A stretch of 64,000 bases of DNA from the NCBI GenBank assembly GCA_050084985.1, contig JBITNC010000001.1:57536001-57600000 (forward strand), given 5' to 3'. The position numbers and the translations under genes are program-made. How positions within the stretch are numbered: the first letter of the stretch is position 1; each line of letters opens with the position of its first letter. The notes under the pieces were generated by a model. That model ran no database searches and was not told the origin of the DNA. It saw only the letters and a program-made list of their open reading frames with translations. Shown here piece after piece: positions 1-11,411 of this stretch. This DNA is from Nageia nagi (Eukaryota > Plantae > Pinophyta).

Positions 1-2085
1 GTATGAATGATTATTTCTTTCTCCATTAAGTAATATTTCTACTTTTTAATAGCTTGAACCAATGAATACATTTTCTTATCATAAGTAGGAAAATTCAAAA
101 TAGCCCCACAAAAGTTTTTTAGAATGATAGCAAATTAGTTTACCTTCTTGTAACAAAATGGATCCCATGTCATAGTCACTTGCATCATTCTCCACTTCAA
201 ATGGCTTATGAAAATTAGGAAGTGCTAGCACAAGTGCACTGATAATTTTTTGCTTCAAAGTGTCAAAAGATGTTTCTTGTTGTTTTCTACATTGAAAAAT
301 GTGCCTCTTTTTGGTTACATCATGTAAAGGTGAAGCAATATGAGAAAAATCAATAATAAACTTTCTCAAATATTGGAAAACATAGAAGAAACTCCTTACT
401 TTAGTTACATTAGATGGCCTTGGCCAATCTACTATAACACTTACTTTATTAGGATTTGTCTTAAGTTGTCCATGATTAATAACATGGCCCAAATACACCA
501 AAGACTCTTTTTCAAACTCACATTTTGAATGTTTTGATAATAATTTCTCCTTATGAAAAGTTTAAAACACTTATCTAAGATGTACAACATGTTCTTCCCA
601 TGTAGAACTATAAATAAGAATATCATCCAAGTATACAACAATAAAAGAATTAATAAATAGACAAAGTACATCATTCATTACTATCATAAAAGTAGCTAGT
701 GCATTGCATAAACCAAATGGAAAAATAAGCCACTCACATAGGCTTTGTCTTGTCTTGAAGGTAGTCTTCCATATGTCCTCCTCCTTGATTATAACTTGGT
801 GATATCGACTTCTCAAGTTTAGTTTTGTGAATAATCTTGCCCTTACAACTGATCCAAAAGATCATCTATTTGAGGTAAAGGATAGCAATTTTTGATGGTG
901 GTTTTGTTTAATGCTCTATATTCAATGCATATTTCCCAAGTTTGATCCTTCTTTAGAATTAAAATAATAAATGATCCATATGAAAATGTACTTGGTCTAA
1001 TCACTCCTTGATCAACCAACTCCTAAATCTGCCTCCTTATCTTCCCTTACTCAAAAATTGATTATCAATACAAAGCTATGTTGGGCAATGAAGAATCAAG
1101 TAACAATTGAATATCATGTTGTATATCCCACATAGGAGGTAATCCCTATGGCTCTAGAAATAATCAGTAAAATCCCAAACCAAATCGTGCATATGTTCCT
1201 CTCTTTTGCACATTGGTGGTGGTTTGAAATCAGTATTGCACACCATTGACAATGTGAGATTCACCTCACCTAAGGCTCCTATTTTGACCATGATTAGAAT
1301 AAAATTTTTAGAAGCATTTACAAGGTGTTTTACTTGACTAGTAGTGACCAAAGGTAGCTTTTTTCTACTTTTATGTGCACTAGCTAGAAACATCTTTCTA
1401 TCTTTCACTAATCGTAATTTATTCAATCTTTTGTAATAAATGCCATCTCTATCCCACATGTAAGGGTTACCAAGAATAACGCCACACATATCTAAAGGAA
1501 CAACATCAACCACAACTTCATCAATGTACTTTACACAAATACAAAACTTGAACTTACATTGTTTAGTGACTTACAAACTAGCATTGTGATGCACCCAACC
1601 CAAAGGATATGGATTTGGATGGTTGAAAGTTTCCAAACCCAAATTACTTACCATAGTTTTTAAAATCAAATTTTCTTGAGAATCTGGATCAATAATGCAA
1701 TCCACTTTGGTTATTTTGATTTGGAATTTGAGGTGGAATACTTGAATCCTTTGTTCTTCAATGTCTTGAGGTTCTTCAACCTTTTGAATGGTTGAACAAT
1801 TTATTCTCTCATCAACATCTGAACTACCCTTAATATCATCAAATTTAAGAACCATAGCATTAGTTTTATCTTTATTCTTATGCTTATATGGACATAATTC
1901 CAGATGTAATTTCTAATATTTATCATCAACATGACCATCTTTATCACAATGAATATAATGTCTACCATCACCTTCTTTCTTTGAAATATTAGTGATCTTA
2001 GTTTCTTGTTTATATTTGCCTTTATCTTGAGATTTAGCTTTCTCTTGTCCTCCCCTTGAAGTAGAAGTATTTTTGTATTCATCAT
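1..2085 (-). mobile_element. Degenerate Ty3/gypsy (CRM-like) gag C-terminus, protease, RT and RNase H; downstream part of the element split by the copia insertion, continuing off the window start
   Basis: Minus-strand fragments: KVDCIIDPDSQENLI and HPNPYPLGWV (protease region), [32 protein letters not shown]...[11 protein letters not shown] (RT), ALVLALPNFHKPFEVENDASDY (RNase H). Many stops and frameshifts. Confidence 0.93.
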
Positions 2086-2090
2086 ATTAT

Positions 2091-2580
2091 TATTAGAATT
2101 TGTAATGAAATATTATGAATATCTAAACTCCTTGTAAATTCAATTAATCACTTAAAAGATATGTAGATACCTTAAGGGATTAATTGAATTCTTTATTATG
2201 TGAACTTTGACCTTACCATGTGGTTAGTTGGTAGGTTAAAGTTAGGTCATACATTTATTGTAACCCTAACCTTACCCTTGGGTTAAAGGGGGGTTAGGGA
2301 GGTGCTCTCATGCTATAAATAGAGGGCCTCTCCTCTTGTAACATAACTAAGATTTGGAGTAAGATTACTCTACTAGTTTGTGTAGGAGAGAAAGAGAATT
2401 GTAGTAAGAGGTGCATAGATTGAGAATTGAGAACTAGTTGTGGATGTACTTCCAAGGAGGGAGGAACCACATTATATTTGTGTTATCTTATGTGAATGGT
2501 GTTATTAGTTTTAAGATGTTGTATGATTGAGTTTCCTATAGTCTTGGACCTTGAGGATTAGTGTAGTTCTAATTCCTTCA
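2091..2580 (+). repeat. Copia 5' LTR
   Basis: Direct repeat of 10922-11411. Starts TA (TG in the 3' copy), ends CA, contains ctataaatag. About 11 substitutions versus the 3' LTR by manual comparison, nearly all transitions. Confidence 0.97.
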
Positions 2581-2582
2581 AT

Positions 2583-2594
2583 TGGTATCAGAGC
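2583..2594 (+). promoter_or_regulatory. Primer binding site (tRNA-iMet) of the copia element
   Basis: tggtatcagagc two bases after the LTR-terminal CA. Confidence 0.95.
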
Positions 2595-3189
2595 TTGGTG
2601 TGGAAGCTCTTCTTCTACATCTTGGAGGTTCTTCATCCTTCTTCATTCCTCATCTTACACCCCATTGGTGAGGTCAAACTAAGAGAAGGTATAAATTTCC
2701 TCCTCATTTGGTTATCTTATGGATTATTGCAGTAGATACTAACATATTTTATGAGATATTGGACCTTATTTTTTGCAAAATATGATCAAAATGGCAATAA
2801 TATGTTATAGTTAAACTTGATTTGTTCTTATGACACTAACACATTTTGAACTATGTGTTAACTTTTTTATTATTTGCAAAATATGGGTAATTTTTTTTAC
2901 TAATCCTCTAGTAAACATGTTAAATTTAAGAGGTTAGTATATAGAAATAACATATTGTAAGCCATCTATTAAAAAGGGTGTATTTTCTTTAATATATATA
3001 TGATGAGAGCAATACAAAATGATTTTACAATCATTTTTTAATTATTACAAATAGCCCTTTTTAATTACATATCTCATAATAGCTATTTCATAGCTTAAAA
3101 AATGGGAAAGGTATTTAAAAATAATCAAATAAGGAGATTTTTTTTGGTACAATATATTGGCATGATCCATTGCCTTGAATATACTCGAA

Positions 3190-3280
3190 GGATATGCACA
3201 AAATGGATACATTGAAAGGGTCTGCGAATTGTTTGACAGAATGCCTCGTCGAAATGTAGTCTTATGGACTGCAATGGTGG
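3190..3280 (+). pseudogene. Captured PLS-class pentatricopeptide-repeat fragment (about one motif)
   Basis: Translates GYAQNGYIERVCELFDRMPRRNVVLWTAMV, matching the plant PLS-PPR pattern GYAQNG...ELFDRMPxRNVVSWTAM. Confidence 0.85.
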
Positions 3281-3546
3281 TGCACTCCCTTTATCTGCAT
3301 GGATAGATCTTTAATATTCAGATAATTCTTTGCAAAGTATAGTAAAACTACATATTTATCTTTTACACAAAAATTGCCACATGGCAAGATCTCTCAATTG
3401 CTTTCCCACTGTTGAAAGGTTGTTACTGCTCTTTTTTCTTGTATGAACCATTTCTACACATTAAAGCTTCTCTGAAATTCCAATCGCTTGCAATGAATGC
3501 AAATAGATAAAGATACTTCACTTGATGACCACAGAAGTACTCCAAC

Positions 3547-3940
3547 CACACCCTAATTTCTGAAATACCTGCTTGGTATGTAGTTACAATCCTTGCAACA
3601 AAGATTACAGTTTTCAAACACCTGTCTGGGTGTCCTCCTTTCTCGCACCTGTACTTACATTTCCTAGCATAGTTTGCAAAACCATACCACCACAATATTG
3701 TCAGATCACCTCTTCAAACCCGTAATAATACAATATGTAGCTAACACTTTACCTATTTTGAGGTATGCAGGTGGTGCTCCTCCTTCCGGGGCCATGCTCA
3801 TTGCCATCTGCTACAACATATTTTTATTTTATGAAATGCTAAATGTATTTCATATTAAAGCAAGTACTAGAGAAATGCACCTCAAATGATACAGCAAGTA
3901 AGAAAGCTAGCATAACACATGCAAATACTTTCCTCCTCAT
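3547..3940 (-). pseudogene. GASA: Captured GASA/Snakin gene, 3 exons with introns retained, degraded
   Basis: Exon 1 3940-3881 MRRKVFACVMLAFLLAVSFE (signal-peptide-like), GT donor. Exon 2 3810/3807-3753 (Q)MAMSMAPEGGAPPAYLKI, GT donor. Exon 3 from 3673 (acceptor CAG mutated to CAA): DYARKCKYRCEKGGHPDRCLK, 1-nt frameshift, CNLCCKDCNYIPSRYFRN*. This follows the GASA Cys pattern CxxxCxxRC...CLKYCxxCCxxCxCVPSG. Confidence 0.88.
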
Positions 3941-3941
3941 C

Positions 3942-4250
3942 TCAGTGCTGACTACATGCACATGTAATGGTGTATCATGTTCTGTAAGTGGATCATGTAA
4001 ATAATGCAGTCAACAACTTGAAGGGAAATACTTATCAGGAGAAGATGTGTATGGTCACATCCTTGGCACTATTCTTATCTATTGTTGGCTACAGGTTGCA
4101 GTTTTGTTTTGCCCTCCAAGAATTTTGCAGTAGATATTTCCACCCATTGTTACAAGGACTACTATTATATTGATTGGAGTCTCCTTGATAGCCATGGGTT
4201 TTAAGTACTGGGGAGGTGGTTCATATTGCGCTAGTCAGGTCGCAAGTTCA
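3942..4250 (+). pseudogene. Captured fragment of a UapA/UapC-type nucleobase-ascorbate (NAT/NCS2) purine permease
   Basis: One frame with two stops: SVLTTCTCNGVSCSVSGSCK*CSQQLEGKYLSGEDVYGHILGTILIYCWLQVAVLFCPPRILQ*IFPPIVTRTTIILIGVSLIAMGFKYWGGGSYC. Resembles, from memory, the UapA TM4-TM5 segment YGALIGT...PPKxxQKIFPPIVTGPTVMLIGISLIGTGFKDWAGGS. Confidence 0.8.
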
Positions 4251-5950
4251 ACATCCCATCAAACCAAATCAACATGTGCCCCTCCCTCCTCCCTCACTCG
4301 CATCTTCACAGTTGGGATGGTCTTTAACAGCCATCTGGTCACCCCATGCGACTTAACACTCCTACGCCAGACCACCTTCACCTCCCTTTTACTCCTGTGG
4401 TCTTTCCATTTTTTTCTTTCAAACATAGTTTTTGAGCATTTAATTTTTTTACCAACTAAGGAGGGGGTTTGATTTTTTATTTCCTTATTTAATTACTCCC
4501 AAGAAGCAACATATACTCCTTCTTGGTAAGGGAAGGGTAGCCATCACTATTTTTCCTATGTGCATTTATTTTTTTGACTTGGAGTGCTTGAGGTAAAAGT
4601 AGCATTAAATAAGCATGTAGTAGGAGTATGGGTCTCCTTTTTTTCCATTTAATTCTTGCAGACTTGGAAAGTAGTGAATATTTTTTTAAACTTTGCTTAC
4701 CTTTTTTAAAAAGATGCTTAGAATAATTTTTAATATTGCATTTACTAAGGTGCACATGCAATTTCTAGAATGTCAATCTCTTAGCATTTTTTTTCTCTAA
4801 GTATGGTAAATTACTTAGGCAAAACATTTTTAGTAAAAATTTTTGCTAAGGTAATCTAAGTATGCTATTTTTTAAGTAAACAAGGGAATTTTTTAAAATG
4901 CATACTTAGAAGATAATTTTTTTACCATACAAGTTTTAGGGATAAAACCTTAAGTAAAAAAAGGGGGGAATTTGTATAGTTTTTTACTTAAAACTTTATC
5001 TAGATCTTGCATGCTAAATTTGTAATGCATGCCTCTTAATCTTGTGTAGAAATAAAGCATGCTTAGTACTTAAAATTTTAAGTTAAATAAATGCATGATG
5101 CATGTTTATTACTTAATTTTTAAGTCATAGAATAATGCATGTTTAAGTTATGGATTAATACTAAGTAGGACTTAGCCTTTTTTAAAATTCATTAAAGTGT
5201 TTGAATGAATTTTATGAACTTGAGCAAAGTATACAAAATGTAAAATGTCCTTTAGGGGTTAGTACAAAACCCATTGGACTCTTAAGGTTTCAAGTTCTTG
5301 TAGATGATGTATTTTTTACTTTACTTTATATTTTTGCACAATTGCTTTATACTTACAAAACGTAAAATATTGAAAGTAACCCCTAAAATGAACACATCTG
5401 CATGTACTTTTCCACAACATGACTTGTTTGGGGAGCCACGAGGTGAGGACAGGGTAGACTGGAGCCTTTTCAGTCTGAAGAACCAAGTGGTGGTAAATCC
5501 ATCTTAATTACCCCTAAGACCTCTATTGGATTGGACATAACTCTATTAGGTGGACATGCATGTGTGTAGTGATACCACATGTCCGCACGTCCATTCAGGG
5601 ATTATCTTGATAACCTAAGAGGAAACCTGAAAACCTTAAACAAGATAATTAAAATGGCTGGTCCAAGATATGTTGGATCCTTGGAAAATAGTTGGTACTT
5701 CTCCTTGAGAGAGTATATTACTGACCAAGGTGAACTGGTTGAGGACTGGTAATACCTGGGCTCCACCTTGCGGGCATCCAGGTGAAGGCCTAATTCTATA
5801 CAAGAAAACAACCTCAACTTTATCCTTCTACGGATTTTGATTTATAAGTTTGCACATGTGGGACATGTTTACTTATTAATTTTTGATTTGTATAGATATA
5901 AATGGTAGAAATTTAATTCATTCTTCTTGCTTATTTACTTTTGTGTAGCA

Positions 5951-8900
5951 ATGGTTGAAACCTTCATACCCAAGCATATACTCGACAGTTCCAACTTCAA
6001 CATATGGGAACCTTGTATGAAAACTAATTTACAAGTAAGAAAGCTATGGTAGATAGTTAATGAAGACATGGTCGCTCCTACAGATGAAAAGGCTCTTGAA
6101 ATCTACAACTCAAATAATGAGTTAGCAACTTCAATGATTTATCGTGAAATTTTAGATGACATACTTCTCATGATCTCTTCTTCAACATCAGCAAAGGAAG
6201 CTTGGGATAGTCTGAACAAAATTTACCTTGGGTCAAAATTTTCAAGGAGGTTCACCATTTTACAAAAGTTGTTGCAATATCATCAAGGTGAAGATGAAAG
6301 TGCTTCTATTTACTTGAACAAAATCATTGACCTCAGGACACAACTGGTTGGCTGTGGGTGCAACTAGATCAATGATGAGTACATAGTCTTCATCATTCTT
6401 CAAAGCCTTTCTACAAAGTTCAGTAACTTTATCACGGTTATGGAAATAAGGCTCGATGATGAAGAAGATGTCATCTCTCTTGATAACCTTTCTAGACTCC
6501 TTCTGAAGCATGAGGAAACTTTGAATAAGAAAATGTTAAACTTTTCTCCAAAAGACAATAACATTGCTCTAGGAGCAACCAAAACTCCTTTCAAGAAGAA
6601 GTTCAAACATTATAAATCCAAAGATAACAAATTCTCACTTACCTTCAGGAAGTATGAGAAAAAGGGCAACAATAATGGCAACTTCAAGCAAAGGAATGAC
6701 AAAGCTGGATCAAGCAATCCAACACCTCAGGAAAAGTTTGATAGAAATTGTAACTTTTGTGGCATCTTTGGGCACAAAGAGTATGATTGTCATAAAAAGA
6801 AATTTGCTCAAAAAGGTAAGGGAAATGCAAATGTGAAAAATTTCTATAATAAAAAGAAGAACAAGCATGTTGCTACTATTGCCTACTACTCAATGACTCA
6901 AACTATTTCAAATGATTGGATTGTTGATTTAGGATGCACTAATCACATGTGTTATGAAAAGGATAAGTTTGAAAACTTTCATAAGTACAAAAAGGATGCA
7001 GTTGTGATAGGTGATAATTTAGTCCTTGATATTCAAGGAATAGGGAGTTTGAAGATTCATGGAAAGGTTCTTGATAATGTCTTTTATGTGCCTAAACTAA
7101 GGATGAATCTTATCTCCATAATTCAAATTACAAGGAAAGGATACTCATTTGAGTTTGCCTCACACTCCTGGTGTGTTAAGAAAGGACTTGCCACCTTGAT
7201 GAAAGGATCAGTAAAGGATGACCTTTATATTGTGGATCAAGTTCCTTCAAAGATGTGTCTTGCTGCAAATGTTTGTTCAAACGGTAATCTTTGGCATCAA
7301 CAATTAGGGCACCTTAACCATAAGAGTATTCAAGATATGAAAAATCAAGAACTTATGGAAGGTTTACCTAATATTTCACCCACAATTGGTCTCTGTGAAA
7401 GGTGCATTCTAGGAAAGATGAATAGGCAAAAGTTTGAAAAGGAGAAGGCAACTCGGGATACTCATCCTCTTCAGCTTGTGCATTCAGATTTGATGGGTCC
7501 ATTTCAGACTAAGTCTCTAGGGAGAGCTTCTTATGTTCTGACCTTCATTGATGACTTCAGTAGGATGACATTTGGTTATCTACTTGAGCACAAGGATCAA
7601 ACTTTTGATAGGTTTAAAGACTTCAAGGCTCTTGTTGAAAATCAAACTAATTTTAAGATCAAGATGCTGAGATCTGATAATGGGGGTGAGTATAATAGCA
7701 ATGAGTTTAATGACTATTATGTTAAACATGGGATCAAGTAGCAATTTACAATCCCTTACACCCCTCAACAAAATGGAGTTGCTGAAAGGAAGAACCAAAC
7801 CATTATGAAAATGGCAAGGTGCATGTTGGGTAACCTTCCTAGTTTCTTATGGGGTGAAGCTATTTACACTGCTATTCACACCCTAAATAGGTGTCCTCCT
7901 AAGGCAGTTGAAGGTAAAACTCCATATGAAGCATGGATAGGAAAGAAACCTAACATCTCACATTTTAGGGTCTTCGGTTGTGATGCATTTGCCTTCATTA
8001 CCTCAGAGAAAAGAAAGAAGTTGGATAAAAGATCAGAAAAATGCATCTTTGTGGGGTATGATAATCAGCATAGAGGTTACAAGCTCTACTCCTCATCCCA
8101 TAAAATAATCTTTATTTCTAGGGATGTCAAGTTCAATGAACTTCCTGAGGATATGACTTCTCATGCTGAGGTGTCTGATTCAGATGATTCTTCGCCTGCA
8201 CCTAACTAGTTGGATGATCATGTAGGGAAGTCACCACAAGAGCAAAATTCTCTAGCTCAAATAATTACAAGAAGTATGACCTTGAATAAATCTTTATTTA
8301 CCAAAATTGATAATACAAATGAGCCACCAACCTTCAAACAAGCTTCCAAGCAAGAGTGTTGGATGGAAGCTATGAAAATTGAGTATGAGGCGCTCATGAA
8401 AAATGAAACTTGGGATTTGGTTCCTTATCCCAATGAGAAAAATGTGATTGAAAGTAAATAGATATACAAGGTCAAGTACAATTCTGATGGAGAAATTGAA
8501 AAATACAAAGCAAGGTTAGTGGCCAAAGGCTTCGCTCAGAAATATGGTATTGATTATGAGGAAACCTTTGCTCCTGTGGCCAAGATGCCTATTATCAGGA
8601 TAATCCTTGCTCTTTCTATAGCTCAAGGATGGAAAGTTTTTCAACTTGATGTCAAGAGTGCATTTCTCAATGGTGACTTGGATGTAGAAATCTACATGAA
8701 TCAACCAGAAGGATTTATTTCAGAAGGTAAAGAGTCTTTTATGTGCAAGCTAAAGAAGTCTTTGTATGGACTTAAGTAAGCACCTAGAGCATGGTACAAG
8801 AAAATTTTAGGATTGTTTACAGATATTGGTTTTTCTAAGTGCTTCTCTGACTCAGATCTCTAAGGAAAAGATGTGGTCTTAATTATCCTTTATGTGGATG

Positions 8901-9856
8901 ATCTTCTCATAACTGGTAATAATATTGAAATCATCCAAGAGTGCATATCCAAACTGAAGGCAACATTTGAAATGACTGATCTAGGTCTATTGCATTACTA
9001 TCTTGGGATGCAAGTATACCAACATAAAGATTGTACTTATCTTAGTCAATCTAAGTATATATCAGACATCTTGCAAAAGTTTGGAATGGAGGAGTGTAGA
9101 TATGCTGCAATACCTATTTCTCCTAGAATCGTTGTATCTTTGAGCTCAGATTCTCAATTGGCTGATGCTACAGCTTATAGGAAATTGATCAGTAGTCTTC
9201 TGTATCTGACTATCTCTCAACCTGATATTACCTTTGCAGTGAATCTGATGGCACAATTCATGCAAAAACCATATGTTGAACACCTCAATGCTGTTAAGCA
9301 AATCTTGAGGTATGTGGTAGGGACAAAGGATCTTGCTCTTAAGTATTCCAAAGTGCCCTCGATTGTTCTCTCTGGGTTCTTAGATTCTGATTATGGAGGA
9401 GATAGAGATGATAGAAAATCAACCTCTGCATATGTGTTTAGCATTGGTTCAGGTGCTATCTCTTGGGCTTCCAAGAAGCAACTTACTGTGACTCTTTCTA
9501 CCACCAAAGCTGAATATTGAGCCATGTCTATTACCGTCCAAGAAGCTATTTGGCTGAGGCATCTTCTGAACAAAATTAGGTATAAGCAAAATAGCCCATC
9601 TCTTATTTCTTCAGATAATCAATCGGCTATCTCTTTGGCTAAGAATCCTATGTTCCATTAGAGAACCAAACATGTGGAAATCCAAGCCCATTTTATCAGG
9701 GAGAAGGTTCTAGATGACATCATACACTTGGAGTATTATCCATCTACTAAAAACTCCGTTGATTTATTCACCAAGTCCCTTCCTAAAGCTCAGTTCAGCA
9801 AGCTTAGGGATTCTCTCGGGTTGGTGAAGTTGCCCTCAAGGGGGAGTGAAGTTTGA
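5951..9856 (+). pseudogene. Copia gag-pol polyprotein, one frame interrupted by premature stops
   Basis: ATG 5951 MVETFIPKHILDSSNFNIWE; zinc knuckle CNFCGIFGHKEYDC; protease WIVDLGCTNHM; LWHQQLGHLN...CERC; integrase HSDLMGP, FIDDFSR, LRSDNGGEY; RT LYVDDLLI; RNase H AISWASKKQ. All plus-strand ORF-track pieces share one frame. Confidence 0.96.
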
Positions 9857-9930
9857 ACATTTGTTAGTGATGATAACTTCACCTCTAAGAGGCTCTTTTG
9901 TTGTTGTTATATAGTGTGTGTTGATTATGA

Positions 9931-10442
9931 TATACCTCCGTGGTAAGTTTGCTCTGCGTGACAAACTTGTTGTACATTTTTATACCTCCGTGGTAAGTTT
10001 GCTCTACGTGATAAACTTGTTGTACATTTTTATACCTCCGTGGTAAGTTTGCTCTATGTGACAAACTTGTTGTATATTTTATACCTCCATGGTAAGTTTG
10101 CTCTGCATGACAAACTTGTTGTACATTTTTTATACCTCCATGGTAAGTTTTCTCTACGTGATAAACTTATTGTACATTTTATATCTCCGTGGTAAGTTTG
10201 CTCTGTGTGACAAACTTATTGTACATTTTTATACCTCTATGGTAAATTTGCTCTGCATGACAAACTTGTTGTACATTTTATACCTCCATGGTAAGTTTTC
10301 TCTATGTGAGAAACTTGTATAATTTTTTGAGCATATAATTAATATACCTTCGTGGTAAGTTCGCTCTATGTGAAGAACTTATTGTACATTTTATACCTCT
10401 ATGGTAAGTTTGCTCTGCATGAGAAACCTGTTGTACAATTTT
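9931..10442 (+). repeat. Tandem array of 10 copies of a ~50-bp unit in the copia 3' region
   Basis: Unit tatacctccgtggtaagtttgctctgcgtgacaaacttgttgtacatttt, starting near 9931, 9981, 10031, 10080, 10131, 10180, 10230, 10279, 10343 and 10392. Confidence 0.95.
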
Positions 10443-10912
10443 TATGCTCTATTAATAATCAACACATGTCTATATACAACAGGTGACTATGAGTGATGGC
10501 TTGGCATCTCTGTGATGACTTATAGTGCACCATTGATCAGTTATTTATAAGATGGCATTATTTGATTCTCTTATTTGAATATATGATGCATCTAACTAAT
10601 TTTGTTCATGAGTTGCTTGTAGCATGTAGGATCTTCTTCAGAAATACAGGTTACTCACCTTGTGTAAGCAATCTCATGGAGACTCACATGTCAGCTTAAA
10701 GTTGATCGACTACTATGTACAGTGAAACCAGTGGTGGTTAATGATTGTATTGTAAACCATTTTGTCAAATGGTAATGTAGTGAGTCTCAAACTAGTTCTC
10801 AAAAAGATTCTCAAATATGTAAATGTTCTCATCTCCACTTGTATCTCTATGGAGGAGAACTCTCTCTTACTCTCTCTCTTCTCTCTTCTACGCTCTATCC
10901 CAATATTGCATT

Positions 10913-10921
10913 AAGGGGGAG
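10913..10921 (+). promoter_or_regulatory. Polypurine tract of the copia element
   Basis: aagggggag immediately before the TG of the 3' LTR. Confidence 0.9.
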
Positions 10922-11411
10922 TGTTAGAATTTGTAATGAAATATTGTGAATATCTAAACTCCTTGTAAATTCAATTAATCACTTAAAGGATATGTAGATA
11001 CCTTAAGGGATTAATTGAATTCTTTATTATGTGAACTTTGACCTTACCATGTGGTTAGTTGGTAGGTTAAAGTTAGGTCATACATTTATTGTAACCCTAA
11101 CCTTACCCTTGGGTTAAAGGGAGGTTAGGGAGGTGCTCTCATGCTATAAATAGAGGGCCTCTCCTCTTGTAACATAACTAAGATTTGGAGTAAGATTACT
11201 CTACTAGTTTGTGTAGGAGAGAAAGAGAATTGTAGTAAGAGGTGCATAGATTGAGAATTGAGAACTAGTTGTGGATGTACTCCTAAGGAGGGAGGAACCA
11301 CATTATATTTGTGTTATCTTGTGTGAATGGTATTATTAGTTTTTAGATGTTGTATGATTAAGTTTCCTATAGTCTTGGACTTTGAGGATTAGTGTAGTTC
11401 TAATTCCTTCA
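10922..11411 (+). repeat. Copia 3' LTR
   Basis: tgttagaatt...ttccttca, direct repeat of 2091-2580, followed by TSD ATTAT. Confidence 0.97.

Larger units (their letters stand above)
2091..11411 (+). mobile_element. Full-length Ty1/copia LTR retrotransposon (9.3 kb, coding region inactivated) inserted in the gypsy gag
   Basis: Two 490-bp LTRs; TSD ATTAT at 2086-2090 and 11412-11416; PBS at 2583; PPT at 10913-10921; gag-PR-INT-RT-RH domain order. Confidence 0.97.

Noticed and set aside
2261-2300. Telomere-like ccctaa/ttaggg motifs in the copia LTR
   Set aside because: Only isolated units forming a short imperfect palindrome within the LTR; not an interstitial telomeric array.
3423-3695. 90-aa minus-strand ORF as a standalone gene
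   Set aside because: It begins in GASA intron 2 and shifts out of the GASA frame after DRCLK, so it is an artefact of the pseudogene.
10089-10322. 77-aa repetitive ORF as an env-like gene
   Set aside because: It is only the translation of the 50-bp tandem repeat.
9931-10442. CRISPR-like array
   Set aside because: Units are contiguous near-identical repeats with no unique spacers, there are no cas genes, and the context is a eukaryotic retroelement.
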